NCBI GenBank assembly: GCA_000165345.1
Contig: CM000432.1
Location: 992,001 to 1,056,000, forward strand
Direction: 5' to 3'
Length of the DNA: 64,000 nt
Numbering within the stretch: position 1 is the first letter of the stretch; each line of letters opens with the position of its first letter. Shown piece after piece: positions 34,816-45,651 of this stretch. Under the pieces are notes generated by a model. The model worked only from the letters and a program-made list of their open reading frames with translations, did not search any database and was not told where the DNA came from. The translations under genes were made by a program, and so were the position numbers.

Positions 34816-37170
34816 ATGACGTGTTTTACAAGCAGGTGTATACAGATATTGGTTTTTTCGTGCCTTTTATGTTTTTTTGCTGCAGTAGAATCATCTGTAA
34901 ATAAAATAGATACATCAGAGTTGGATTCTATATGGAATAATGATTTGATACTTGGTAGTGCTCCAAATGGTAAATTAAAATCGATTTCGAGTATGTTGGA
35001 TAGCTTTGCTTTGGAGCAGAAGCCAGTTATAAGTAAGAATATTGAGAAACCTAAAGAAGTTAAGACTGAGAATATTATTAAGAATGAATCAGTTAAACCA
35101 GTAACTAAAGTAGAAGAACCTTTGAAAGAAATTGTCGATATAATTGTAGAAGAAAAAGGAATTAATGAAAGAACTTACTTTCCTGAAAATGTTAAAAAAT
35201 TGGATGATCTTCCAAAACCATCATATTTTGAAAGATCTAAAGTATTATCTCTTTTGTCTAAAGATATGAGTTTGGATTTATTTACAAATGAAAATTTACC
35301 ACCAGAATATAGTTTTTTGGAGAGTATAGTTTCTATTAATAATAAAACGTTGGAAATGTCAGGCTTAGATTTATTTCAAGGTTTTGTATCTGATATTGAT
35401 TCAATTTGTAGACTTTCAGTTAAATGGTTTGAAAATTATCCAAAATTTGTAAAAGTTTTAAGGAAAGTTGATAGTCGAATTTCAGGTCATTATAATCCAG
35501 AAAGTAAAGAAAATCATTCAAATCTTGGTCAAAAGACTAGGCTTAGTAGAAGATTTACTAATGATTGGATTAACTTCCTTAATTTATTGAAAACCATTGA
35601 AATTGATTCTAAAACTTACAGACATAATAGAAGAATGCTTAGAAAGTATAAGGAAATTAACCACAAAGATCTCAAACAGTATCGTAGAAACATTTATAAT
35701 GAACTGCAATTATATAACAATTTACTTTTGAGTATACTTTTAAAGCTAAGCTTTTATATTCAATATATTGTTTACTTTCCAAATACTGGAAAGCTTTTTG
35801 GTGGAAATGAAGATTATAACTATAATAGTCAATTTAAAAAAAAATATCAAAAACAACTTTCTGATGAAAATGATGAATTAATCAAACTTAATAGAATTGA
35901 TATTTATGTAAACCGAATTCCAAGTGATATTCTTAGAGAGGTGAGAACTTCAATATCTTCTTGTTCTGGAGTTGTTAAAATTTTACATGGATATGGAATC
36001 CATCTAGACTCTACTCCAAATGATATTATCTCATTATATCTCCAATATAAACGTATTACAAGAATACTTTTGAATATTTATAATAGTGAAAGAAGCCATC
36101 TATTTGAAAAGCATAATAGTAATAATAATCTTTCATCAATAAATTTTAAATCCAACTATGACAATTATGGTAAACGCTCTAAGCACATTTTTGACCAAAA
36201 TTTTGTTCCAAATAAAATTGGTTTCAAACCATTTCAAATTCAAGAAGAAAAACAAAAGTTCCAAGAAAAAAGAAAACCTCAAAAATCAAAACATATAGAA
36301 AACTTTTCTAATGTTAATAAAGATCCTACTGAACTTAAATTTAACTATCTCTCAAAAGAATCAGCTGAGAAATATGTCAATGAAAATGAAAGAAATCTTT
36401 TCCAACTAATTAATCAAGATCTTACTACTAATAAATTTAATAAAGAAACGGGACTTAGCATTTCTAAAAAAAGACCATCTGGTGCCTCCGGGCTTGTTAT
36501 TTTCAGCCAGAAATATAATTTTGAATCCGAATATGACTGTACCGCCAAAATCTTAAATAATGGAAATGTTGAAATTAACTTTAATAAAAACATACTTTCT
36601 GGATTTAGTGGTAAGATTAGTACATGGTTTAAAAACAACTACCTAAAACACTTTTATAAAAACAAAAAAAACAATCTTATCCCACTTCAATTTAAACTCA
36701 TGATTGCTTGTCCATATGCTATTTCAAATCATTGCATGCAAAATAATTGTGGCGGCCTGAATGACGTGTTTATGTTGATATATTTAGTAGGAAGATTAAA
36801 AGGTTATTATGACGACTGGAAGATTGTTACTGAGTTTAATTCAATTACTGCAGATACAAATATGCAATGGAAAATTGTTTCAATCTTGATTCCAGATATT
36901 CAGTCACATTTAGGAAAAATGTGTCCTGTACAATCAAACTCATTAAAATCTCAAGTTCTAAAAACATCAAGACAAGTAGTTTTTAAAAGTCCCGTACAAT
37001 TTGAAAATCTTTCTGAAGAGTTTAAGTATGAGAATGCTAATATTAAAGAGTCAATTATAAGAAATTGTCTTAATTACGTACAAGAAGAAACAGTTATTGA
37101 GTTTTTAACAAAAGATGGAAGAGATGATGGAATGGCTATATGTAGAAATAATCATTTATATATAAGTTAG
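34816..37170 (+). CDS. Hypothetical secreted protein (784 aa) with N-terminal signal peptide and Cys-containing C-terminal region
   Basis: The signal peptide is MTCFTSRCIQILVFSCLLCFFAAVESSV. The long frame is open with no recognisable domain. A C-terminal Cys cluster is CPYAISNHCMQNNCGG. Confidence 0.5.
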   Translation: MTCFTSRCIQILVFSCLLCFFAAVESSVNKIDTSELDSIWNNDLILGSAPNGKLKSISSMLDSFALEQKPVISKNIEKPKEVKTENIIKNESVKPVTKVEEPLKEIVDIIVEEKGINERTYFPENVKKLDDLPKPSYFERSKVLSLLSKDMSLDLFTNENLPPEYSFLESIVSINNKTLEMSGLDLFQGFVSDIDSICRLSVKWFENYPKFVKVLRKVDSRISGHYNPESKENHSNLGQKTRLSRRFTNDWINFLNLLKTIEIDSKTYRHNRRMLRKYKEINHKDLKQYRRNIYNELQLYNNLLLSILLKLSFYIQYIVYFPNTGKLFGGNEDYNYNSQFKKKYQKQLSDENDELIKLNRIDIYVNRIPSDILREVRTSISSCSGVVKILHGYGIHLDSTPNDIISLYLQYKRITRILLNIYNSERSHLFEKHNSNNNLSSINFKSNYDNYGKRSKHIFDQNFVPNKIGFKPFQIQEEKQKFQEKRKPQKSKHIENFSNVNKDPTELKFNYLSKESAEKYVNENERNLFQLINQDLTTNKFNKETGLSISKKRPSGASGLVIFSQKYNFESEYDCTAKILNNGNVEINFNKNILSGFSGKISTWFKNNYLKHFYKNKKNNLIPLQFKLMIACPYAISNHCMQNNCGGLNDVFMLIYLVGRLKGYYDDWKIVTEFNSITADTNMQWKIVSILIPDIQSHLGKMCPVQSNSLKSQVLKTSRQVVFKSPVQFENLSEEFKYENANIKESIIRNCLNYVQEETVIEFLTKDGRDDGMAICRNNHLYIS

Positions 37171-37345
37171 AAATTCTTTTTATATTTGAATTATCTTCAA
37201 AGCAAACAAAAAAAACCAAGACAGTTTTGTATTATATCAATTGATATTTAATACAAAAGTTAAATAATGAGTTAACCCGTAAAGGTGATACCCCTTAGTC
37301 CAAATGATATTACCAGGAAAATTTGTTGCTCAAGCTTAAGCTTAA

Positions 37346-40300
37346 TTATCCGTCCTTCTTATTCAAATATTGTTTTTTAATTAATTGTACCAATTTCTTG
37401 GCTTTTAAATTTAAACATTGGCTTATATTCTGACTAGACAAATTTGTTAATTTATTATAAAGCCAAACTAAATTGGAATTACTATTATTGGTATTTAATA
37501 TTAAATTGAACGAAATTGAATTTCGTTTTGAAAAGTCCTCAAATCCTTGTTCTTCACTAATAAGTTTTGACAAGTTTTCCAAGTCTAACTCATTCAAAGA
37601 TATATTTTTTATTGAATTATTCTCATTATTTAAACTCTTTAGTATACACAATATGTATAAATCATACTTAATTAAAACAACTCTTTTTTTTTGTATCTCT
37701 TCGTTATCAAATAATTCGTAATTAACTGAATCTTTTGATTTCATTAATGATTTTAATTTACTCCATTCTAATGAAATCTCACATAATTCTTCAGTAAAAT
37801 ATGAGCTTTGTAAATTCTCCAAATCTTTATCTACAGAAAAAATCTCAAATAAAACTTTAAAAGCTACATCAAAGATACTTCCTTTATTAGAACTGTAATT
37901 ATTTGTAAATAACACACAATACAAAATTTTAACAATTTCTTCAACTTTTAAGATAATTTTATTAATACTTCTTTCTAAAATATAACTCAAAACTAACATT
38001 AGTAAGTTCTTCATTACTTCAAACTCCATATTTAATTTTATCTGATCTTCAAAAGGTAAATAGTTCAATTTCTTTAAAACTAAAAATAATTCCTCCTCAT
38101 TCATTAAATTGTGTTCCACTAAAAATAATTTTATTTTTGAAACTTCAATTTTATTTCCATTAGAAATTACTAACAGTGAAAATTGTGTAATCAATTCATA
38201 TAAATGTATACTCATCATAATCTTTAACTCTAATTCAATTAAAAACTTATCAATTAAATTTGAATCTTCATCTTTATATAATATTTCCATTTCTTTACTT
38301 ATTGAAATAATTTCCTTAAAGTTAAAATTACGATATGATAAATTCATTAATTTTTCATTATTACTATCAATTATCCAATATCTATTAAAAATCATTATTA
38401 TATAATTAACCAAGTCAATCGAAAATTTTCTAGCTAAATCAAAATTATTTGTATTTTCATTATTATTTCTTAAAGATGAAATTAATATGTAATATCCTGT
38501 TATTTTGAAGTTCTTAAATAATTCATCTATTTGATTAAAACTATCTTCATAGTTTAAACCAATATTTGACTTTGATTTATAATAAGAATCTGAAATATAA
38601 TATATTCTCTCTAATAATGCATTATATAGCTTTTCAAAGTCTGAACTAGCTATTAAACACTTAAATGATTGTAGAATTAATCCATTTAATGATAAATGTT
38701 CATTCCAATCTTTCAAAACTTTAATAGTAAGTTCATGATTATTTCCTAGATATAGATTTGAAATTAGCCAAGCACATTGAAATAAGTTGTAACAGCAGTA
38801 CATTTCTATAGCTTTATGGCATCTTCCTAATAAAATATTTAAAATACAATATTCATGAAGAATATTTGGATTTTCTCCAATAGAAACTGTTATGTTTTTT
38901 TGTTTATTACAATTATTTGAAGAATTTAAAGAATTAAGTTTGAATTGTAATTTGTCCAATCTCATTAATAACAAAGATCTAATAATATTATCAGTATCAT
39001 TAAAATCAGAAAATTCAGAACCTTGTAAATTTCTTGAATTCATATGAAAATTATATATTAACCATTCTATAAGTAAGTCATCATCTTTTATATTTTGAAA
39101 GTTTTCAATAATCTTTGAAAAATCGATTTGATCCAATTTAATTGTGTTAATAATATTAAGATATTTTGAATTTTGTTTTTCCATGAAATTCTTTAATAAG
39201 TATGAATCAAAATCAATCTGGCCATTAATTAAATATAAATAATCAATAAAAATGTTCAAATTCTTGTTAAATTTTGTATTAATATTGGTTTGATTTATCT
39301 CATTTTCATTCTCAAAATATTTCTCAAAATGGAGTTGAATTAAATTTGATGATGAATCTTCATGATTAAAGAACAAAATCAAATCCAATATTATTTCATT
39401 ATATTGTAACTCATTTAATATCTTTTTTACATCAGAATGAAAACTTTTAGAAATACAAAAATTTGAATTTGTATTAATTCCTTTTAAAGTATTTAGCTTA
39501 TATTTCAGTTTAAATTCTAAAAGGAGAGTAATAACTTTAAGACAAGTTTGATTATTTTGTTGGTAAAGTGTTTTATTTGTTAGAAATATTAAAGAATTCT
39601 TATTAATTACTTTATATTTTGATTGATTTATAATATTGTTAGAAATATCAAATAATTGAAGAATTTGTTCCTGACCTCCCATTAATAGTCTTAAATTACT
39701 TTCATAAACATTATCAAAATCTTTAATATCACGATACCATATTGACTTTGATTTGAAATGAAATTTATTAGTAATACTTCCTTTATGATCAGTATTAGGT
39801 CTAATCAATAAAATATCAGCAAAAATATCATCTTTATCAATTTCTGGAGTACTAGATACTTTAATTTGTACAATACTGGTCTGATTAAATTCATTAGAAA
39901 TTGCCAAATTAAATACAAAAGGAGACTTTTCTGACTTATGAGTTTGATTAATACTTGCAATTTCGATCATACTTAAAGCAATATAATTATAATATATTTT
40001 AGCTTTTTCTTTGAATACATTTTTAAGCTTATAAACTTTATTATTAAAAGATACAATAATTAGATTACCATAGTTTGTTACTAATATATAAATTTCTTTA
40101 AAATTTTGTAAGTTATTGAAAACAGTTATTCCATTAATAACTTTCTCAATAATTAGCTTTTTATCTGAATTTATATCCTCTAATCGAGTAATATTGGATT
40201 GTAATGCATTTTCAATTTCTATTATTTCAAAAGAGTTAAATTCTGTTTGATCTTTGTCAATTTGAGAAAAAATTAACTTGTAAATATAAATAGAAACAAC

Positions 40301-42490
40301 TTCTTGCTCATCTCTTAACTCATTTTGATTATCATGTACTGTTTCTATTGTTAATAGATTTGTTTTCACAGTATTAAGAAAACTCTTTTCAAGATAATCA
40401 ATTTGGATGTTTCCATTCATAGTCACAAAGTATAGAGTATTAGAGTAGTCAATTCCTAACCCTAAATTTGAAATTTTTAATTGAATTATATGTTCTTCTT
40501 TGGTTTCAGCTTCATAATTAGTTTTAAATTCAAAATATCTTGGTATTACACTCATAATAAGCTCTCCTTTTTCAAATTCTGGAGTTAAGTGAGCGAAAAA
40601 ACACTTCCTCTTCTTGTAATTATATACAAAAATAAGAGGATATCGATATATGTTGAAAATTAAAGAACTGAATAACTTTATTTGGCTATTAAAGAATTTT
40701 CCATTGTTAGAATCAAAGTTTTTAATGAGTAAATTTTGTTGAAAATCAGATGAGAAAGTCTTAATATCCTCTGGAGTAGGAGATGGAGATTTTAATAATA
40801 CTAACCAATCCAAGTCTGATTCCAATATAAAGTCTTTAAATTCAGACTTTTCGTGCAAGAAGAATGAATGTTTTTGATCAGAAATTTTTCGATTAAAGAT
40901 ATCTTTTCTCTTTAAATATTCAATATCACTCAATTCTATCTTAATTTTAATATTGCTATATTGACTTATATTATCAGGATTAATATATAATATTCCGAGG
41001 TTTCCAAGAGTAGTTGAGTAGAAGATATACTCAGGATTGATTGGATTCAAAGATATCTTTGAGATCTTCTCATCTTTAGAAAATCCATTAAAATGATCGT
41101 AAATATAACAACTTGTCGCTCTGTGAGTAAATTCTTTATGATATTTCAGTAAATCCATACCAATAAGCTTCCCTTCACCACTTAAGAGGTAAATAATATG
41201 AGAGAAACCATTTGGAGAAATTAACTCATCAATCCATCCTCCCAAAGTATTCATAGTCCATTCCAGTTTCCATTCTGTTGTGTTAAAAAGAAAAACTCTT
41301 TTACTTTTAGTAATACCTAATAAGTAAAAATTTGCATTAAGCTCATAGCTTAACACACTAAAGATTATTTCAGAGTTTAGTGGATCTTTGTTTCTTTCAT
41401 TTTCATGGAATGGAATAATAAATTTTCTTTTAATAGTAATTTCACTGTTTTCTAAAAATATAAACTCAATAATTTCATGATTCATAATGAAAAAAAAACC
41501 TCTTTGATTAATTTTAACTTGTTTATCATTAAAAACCAATAAATTCCAAGAACTTCCCTGAAATGTTTGATTCTTGGAATTGTTTTTTCCTTTACCTTTA
41601 TCTTTGATTTTTTCGAATCCTTGAAAATTGATTGAAGAATGATTAGTAAAGTCATCAATATTTATCTTGTTTATATTCTCAGACTTTTTGCAGTATCTAA
41701 ATAGGCATCTATTTCCTTTAGATGTACTAATAATCATTTCAGAATTCAAATCTATGATGCTTAGAATACTTCCTACTAATGTTGTTTTGTCATCTTCTAA
41801 AACTTGAAGAATATCGCCATTAAGTTTATTAATAATAATGATTTGACCATTTTTATATCCCAAAACAAGTTTTTCATTATCTAACATGCCACTAATTGAA
41901 GTAATCTCTTCTTTAATTGGGTGAAACCTTTCTATAAAGTTCTCAAGTTTATTTTTACTTTTCAAATCACTAATAGCTATCTTTAAAATCTCCCCAACTA
42001 CATCTCCAATAAAAATCTGTCCATTATTATAATAAACCACATTTGCTGGACTATTACACTTGGCTGAATCAAAAAGAAGACTAATTTTAAGTTCATCAAC
42101 AGGTATATCAGTGCTTTTTCCTTGCCCTGATTTTAAAATAATTTCATTTATTAAACCACCACTTTCTAAAACCCTTTTTCCTAGATAATTCTCATCAGTA
42201 ATCTTCCAAAATCTTATTTTATTATCAAGATGAGTACTAACTATTAGAATAGTCTCTGAATCCTCAGATAAATTTGAGCTTGTGAAAATTGAAACCCCTA
42301 TGGGTTTGCTTTTTACTCCACAATATACAGATGCCAAAATTCGATTTTCCAAAATGGTTGCAAGAATTAAACTATTCTTAGTTGAATAAACATAAATACC
42401 TTTTTTTTCTTCAAGAGATAAAGCACTAGTACAGAACCAATTTGGAGCTGGAGCTATTAGAATTCGATTTTTTTCACAATCTAAAGTCAT
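37346..42490 (-). CDS. Large (about 1715 aa) protein with an N-terminal beta-propeller-like region and a long alpha-helical C-terminal region; function unassigned (trafficking/nucleoporin-like architecture)
   Basis: The first 450 aa or so are beta-strand rich with WD-like repeats (ILIVSTHLDNKIRFWKI..., YNNGQIFIGDVVGEIL, LGYKNGQIIIIN). The remainder is helical and Leu/Ile-rich. The track start 42496 is TTG; the first ATG is at 42490 (MTLDCEKN...). Confidence 0.55.
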   Translation of the reverse strand: MTLDCEKNRILIAPAPNWFCTSALSLEEKKGIYVYSTKNSLILATILENRILASVYCGVKSKPIGVSIFTSSNLSEDSETILIVSTHLDNKIRFWKITDENYLGKRVLESGGLINEIILKSGQGKSTDIPVDELKISLLFDSAKCNSPANVVYYNNGQIFIGDVVGEILKIAISDLKSKNKLENFIERFHPIKEEITSISGMLDNEKLVLGYKNGQIIIINKLNGDILQVLEDDKTTLVGSILSIIDLNSEMIISTSKGNRCLFRYCKKSENINKINIDDFTNHSSINFQGFEKIKDKGKGKNNSKNQTFQGSSWNLLVFNDKQVKINQRGFFFIMNHEIIEFIFLENSEITIKRKFIIPFHENERNKDPLNSEIIFSVLSYELNANFYLLGITKSKRVFLFNTTEWKLEWTMNTLGGWIDELISPNGFSHIIYLLSGEGKLIGMDLLKYHKEFTHRATSCYIYDHFNGFSKDEKISKISLNPINPEYIFYSTTLGNLGILYINPDNISQYSNIKIKIELSDIEYLKRKDIFNRKISDQKHSFFLHEKSEFKDFILESDLDWLVLLKSPSPTPEDIKTFSSDFQQNLLIKNFDSNNGKFFNSQIKLFSSLIFNIYRYPLIFVYNYKKRKCFFAHLTPEFEKGELIMSVIPRYFEFKTNYEAETKEEHIIQLKISNLGLGIDYSNTLYFVTMNGNIQIDYLEKSFLNTVKTNLLTIETVHDNQNELRDEQEVVSIYIYKLIFSQIDKDQTEFNSFEIIEIENALQSNITRLEDINSDKKLIIEKVINGITVFNNLQNFKEIYILVTNYGNLIIVSFNNKVYKLKNVFKEKAKIYYNYIALSMIEIASINQTHKSEKSPFVFNLAISNEFNQTSIVQIKVSSTPEIDKDDIFADILLIRPNTDHKGSITNKFHFKSKSIWYRDIKDFDNVYESNLRLLMGGQEQILQLFDISNNIINQSKYKVINKNSLIFLTNKTLYQQNNQTCLKVITLLLEFKLKYKLNTLKGINTNSNFCISKSFHSDVKKILNELQYNEIILDLILFFNHEDSSSNLIQLHFEKYFENENEINQTNINTKFNKNLNIFIDYLYLINGQIDFDSYLLKNFMEKQNSKYLNIINTIKLDQIDFSKIIENFQNIKDDDLLIEWLIYNFHMNSRNLQGSEFSDFNDTDNIIRSLLLMRLDKLQFKLNSLNSSNNCNKQKNITVSIGENPNILHEYCILNILLGRCHKAIEMYCCYNLFQCAWLISNLYLGNNHELTIKVLKDWNEHLSLNGLILQSFKCLIASSDFEKLYNALLERIYYISDSYYKSKSNIGLNYEDSFNQIDELFKNFKITGYYILISSLRNNNENTNNFDLARKFSIDLVNYIIMIFNRYWIIDSNNEKLMNLSYRNFNFKEIISISKEMEILYKDEDSNLIDKFLIELELKIMMSIHLYELITQFSLLVISNGNKIEVSKIKLFLVEHNLMNEEELFLVLKKLNYLPFEDQIKLNMEFEVMKNLLMLVLSYILERSINKIILKVEEIVKILYCVLFTNNYSSNKGSIFDVAFKVLFEIFSVDKDLENLQSSYFTEELCEISLEWSKLKSLMKSKDSVNYELFDNEEIQKKRVVLIKYDLYILCILKSLNNENNSIKNISLNELDLENLSKLISEEQGFEDFSKRNSISFNLILNTNNSNSNLVWLYNKLTNLSSQNISQCLNLKAKKLVQLIKKQYLNKKDG

Positions 42491-42817
42491 CTTCAAAAAA
42501 AGCTCCTTTTAACCAAAAAAAGTAAATAAAAATAATGATAAACAAACTTAATACTTTCTCTTCAAATTAAAAACCACTTTTACAGCTGTTTTGAGTATCC
42601 CACTTTTTTTGTTAATTCTGCTATCAAGATCTAAATCCCACCTTTCTTTTCTTTTTATTGTTGCTTTTCTACATCCTCTTTCCAAGCTAATCCAAATCAT
42701 ACAAGTACACACGCCAATCCTTTTCCTCAAATAAAATTCCAGAAAATATTTATTCCTTCACCTTCTACTCTATCACAAACCTTCAAGTATTTTTTGACCA
42801 TTAAACTTTAATGACGT

Positions 42818-42867
42818 AAGGCGCCAATAATTGTTACATATACCGGCATTCCACATGTAGGCGCCAG
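42818..42867. promoter_or_regulatory. Two E2F-like boxes (AAGGCGCCAA and TAGGCGCCAG) 40 bp apart in the divergent promoter between the 1715-aa gene and the DEAH helicase
   Basis: atgacgtaaggcgccaataa...ccacatgtaggcgccaggcaa. Confidence 0.45.
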
Positions 42868-42930
42868 GCAATTTTTTTCTTTTTTTCCTCGAGTCAAATA
42901 AAACATCCGAGGGAAATTAGTAGCAAAAAA

Positions 42931-45333
42931 ATGTCACAATCTGACATACTACCAATTTATCAGCATAAAAAGGAGTTATTGTCATTAATTCGAGAAAATG
43001 ATGTTTCTGTGATAGTAGGAGAAACAGGGAGTGGTAAATCAACTTTGTTACCAGCTTTCCTATATGAAGATGGGTTTGTACAAGATAAAAAGATGATTGC
43101 AGTAACTCAACCAAGAAGAATTGCTGCTATTTCATTGGCAGAGTATGTTGCAAAGCTACTAAAAACTAAAGTAGGAAATAAGGTGGGTTATTCCGTTCGG
43201 TTTAAGACTGAAGTATCCAAATACACCAAAGTTAAATATTTGACAGATGGAATGCTTATTAGAGAATGTGTTACAACCAATGGAGAGAGAAGTCCTTTTG
43301 AAAATTATTCTGTGGTTATTGTAGATGAAGCCCATGAAAGGTCAATTCGTACTGATTTTCTTTTAGGCCTTCTTAAAATGGAACTTTTAAATGGAAGTAA
43401 ATTAAAAGTTGTAATTATGTCAGCAACTTTTCAAAGCTCCAGTTTTGAAGATTTTTTTAGCTCCATCAATCCTCAATCTCAGTCTAATTCTGGAATCAAG
43501 CTTAAAACTGGTACTTATTCAGTTCCTGGGAGACAGTTTCCTGTACAATTAAATTATTTACCTGAACCTGAACTGGACTATTTAGAAGCAGTCATGATAA
43601 CAATATTAACAATCCACTTCTCAAAGCCAAAAGGTGGTGACATTCTTGTATTTCTCCCAGGTCAGGAAGATATTCATCATTTATATTCCAATTTGACAAC
43701 AATATCTAAACAAATTGAAGCCTTGTTTGAGCAACAAGGAGAAATCAGCTTTTATCTAGGTAAGCAGAAGTTTGAAAATATTGAAAGAATTCGATTATTT
43801 GTTCAATGTCTTTATGCTTCAATGCCTTCTGAACAACAAAGTAAAGTATTTGATATTCTTCCAGAAAATTATAGAAAAGTTATTCTTTCAACTAATATTG
43901 CAGAAACATCTGTAACTTTACCCAACATTGTTTACGTTATTGACACTGGCCTTGAAAAACTTAAGTTCTTTCAAAGTAACAATAATATTGATGCTTTGAT
44001 TATGAAAGAAATATCAAAAGCTTCTTCAATACAAAGAGCTGGAAGAGCTGGAAGGCTTAAGCCTGGAGAAGTTTATCGTATGTATACAAAACAAGCATAT
44101 TCAGAGTTTATGACTTCTCAAACTCCTGAAATATTAAGAACTAGTCTCTCTGAGACTTTGCTTGAACTTATTTATGTTCTTAATAACTATAAAACTAATA
44201 TATTTCAACAAGGTATTTCCAATTCATCCAATAATGACCATACTCTACTTATTGATCAACAACAAGTTTCTGTGAAAAAAATCCTAAATTTTCCATTTAT
44301 TAGTTATCCAACTAAGGATTCCATTCTTTCAACTCTCAAATTCTTATATAGACTCGAAGCTTTAAATAAAAGTGGAAATATTACTGAATTAGGTATTAAA
44401 CTAACTATGCTTCCAGTACCTCCATTTCTTGGTAAACTCATTTATCATAGTATTGAGTTTGGATGTACAAGTGAAGCAATCACTCTTGTAGCAATGCTTT
44501 CAGCTGAATGCTTGTTAGACTATTGCAATAGCAGCAATAATCCAAAAGATAAAGTCTATGGTTCATTACAAGAAAATCATTCTGATCAAGTTGGACCAAC
44601 TAAGAAAAAACCTAGATTTACTCATAATTCATCATCCAGAAATGACCAATCCTATAAAAATTACCTTAGATCAATTATGACAAAGTTTGGAGATCATGTT
44701 GGCTTAATTGAAACCTATAACACTTGGATTTCTTTGCAAAAAAGTTCTGGAAAAACCAATAATATACAAGGAAATATCATCTCTTCTAGTAACAATTATG
44801 AACAAATCAATTTTTGTAATTCTATTGGAATCTCACATACCAGTCTTTTAAGAGCAAAATCTATTAGAGAGCAGCTTATTGATATCACCACAAAGATATT
44901 TAACTTAAAAACTATTAACAGTTGTACTATGTTTACTTCTCTTAAACATAGTCATCCTGAATCCTTTGAATCTGAATTTAATCAAGAACAGAAACAGCAA
45001 AAGCAAGAGCAAGAACAAGAACAAGAACAAGAACAAGAAAATAAATGGATTCCCTTTTACAAATGCCTTACAAAAAGTTTCTGGCAAAATGTTGCCAAGC
45101 TAGATCCTAGTAATAATAAACAATACCTAACTGAGGTCAACAGACAACTTGTGAATATACATCCCACTAGCAGTGTTTCACATTTAAAGGAAAAACCTAA
45201 ATGGATCATTTTCACAGATATTATTCAAACTAAAAAGACTTATATACGAATTATCTCAGCCATTAATCATTTATGGCTCAATGACTACTGCTCCAGATGG
45301 TTCATCTCCACTGAAACAAACTCCAAACATTAA
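42931..45333 (+). CDS. DEAH-box ATP-dependent RNA helicase (DHX family)
   Basis: Motif I is GETGSGKSTLLP, motif II VVIVDEAHERS, motif III MSAT, motif V TNIAETSVTLP and motif VI QRAGRAGR. Helicase-associated C-terminal regions follow. Confidence 0.9.
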   Translation: MSQSDILPIYQHKKELLSLIRENDVSVIVGETGSGKSTLLPAFLYEDGFVQDKKMIAVTQPRRIAAISLAEYVAKLLKTKVGNKVGYSVRFKTEVSKYTKVKYLTDGMLIRECVTTNGERSPFENYSVVIVDEAHERSIRTDFLLGLLKMELLNGSKLKVVIMSATFQSSSFEDFFSSINPQSQSNSGIKLKTGTYSVPGRQFPVQLNYLPEPELDYLEAVMITILTIHFSKPKGGDILVFLPGQEDIHHLYSNLTTISKQIEALFEQQGEISFYLGKQKFENIERIRLFVQCLYASMPSEQQSKVFDILPENYRKVILSTNIAETSVTLPNIVYVIDTGLEKLKFFQSNNNIDALIMKEISKASSIQRAGRAGRLKPGEVYRMYTKQAYSEFMTSQTPEILRTSLSETLLELIYVLNNYKTNIFQQGISNSSNNDHTLLIDQQQVSVKKILNFPFISYPTKDSILSTLKFLYRLEALNKSGNITELGIKLTMLPVPPFLGKLIYHSIEFGCTSEAITLVAMLSAECLLDYCNSSNNPKDKVYGSLQENHSDQVGPTKKKPRFTHNSSSRNDQSYKNYLRSIMTKFGDHVGLIETYNTWISLQKSSGKTNNIQGNIISSSNNYEQINFCNSIGISHTSLLRAKSIREQLIDITTKIFNLKTINSCTMFTSLKHSHPESFESEFNQEQKQQKQEQEQEQEQEQENKWIPFYKCLTKSFWQNVAKLDPSNNKQYLTEVNRQLVNIHPTSSVSHLKEKPKWIIFTDIIQTKKTYIRIISAINHLWLNDYCSRWFISTETNSKH
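44984..45039. repeat. Coding hexanucleotide repeat (CAAGAA)n encoding (QE)n within the DEAH helicase
   Basis: cagaaacagcaaaagcaagagcaagaacaagaacaagaacaagaacaagaa. Confidence 0.85.
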
Positions 45334-45651
45334 AGTCAAAAAATACATACATAATATATACAGATTCTGTATCCAAATAATAGAAATTATACAAGTTATA
45401 CTTAAATATTATTATGTCTAACCAGCTTTTTTTAAACAAGAGCAAACAAATATATTACTTCTTAACTTACACAACATCTACTTTCGCTATTAAAAAAGAA
45501 ATAAATTAAATCCACTCTTTCTATTATACATCCATACTTTTTAAAATATCAAAGTTATCTTTACCTTTCTCTTGTACTTTTCCTTCAACTTTATTGTTTC
45601 TCTTTGAATACTAATAATCTATTCCATAATAATTTGATATTTTATTAAGCT

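Noticed and set aside
37265-37320. GC-richer segment gttaacccgtaaaggtgataccccttagtcc between convergent genes, considered as a small RNA gene
   Set aside because: It is too short, and I can find no conserved tRNA or snRNA boxes. It is probably 3' UTR and terminator sequence.
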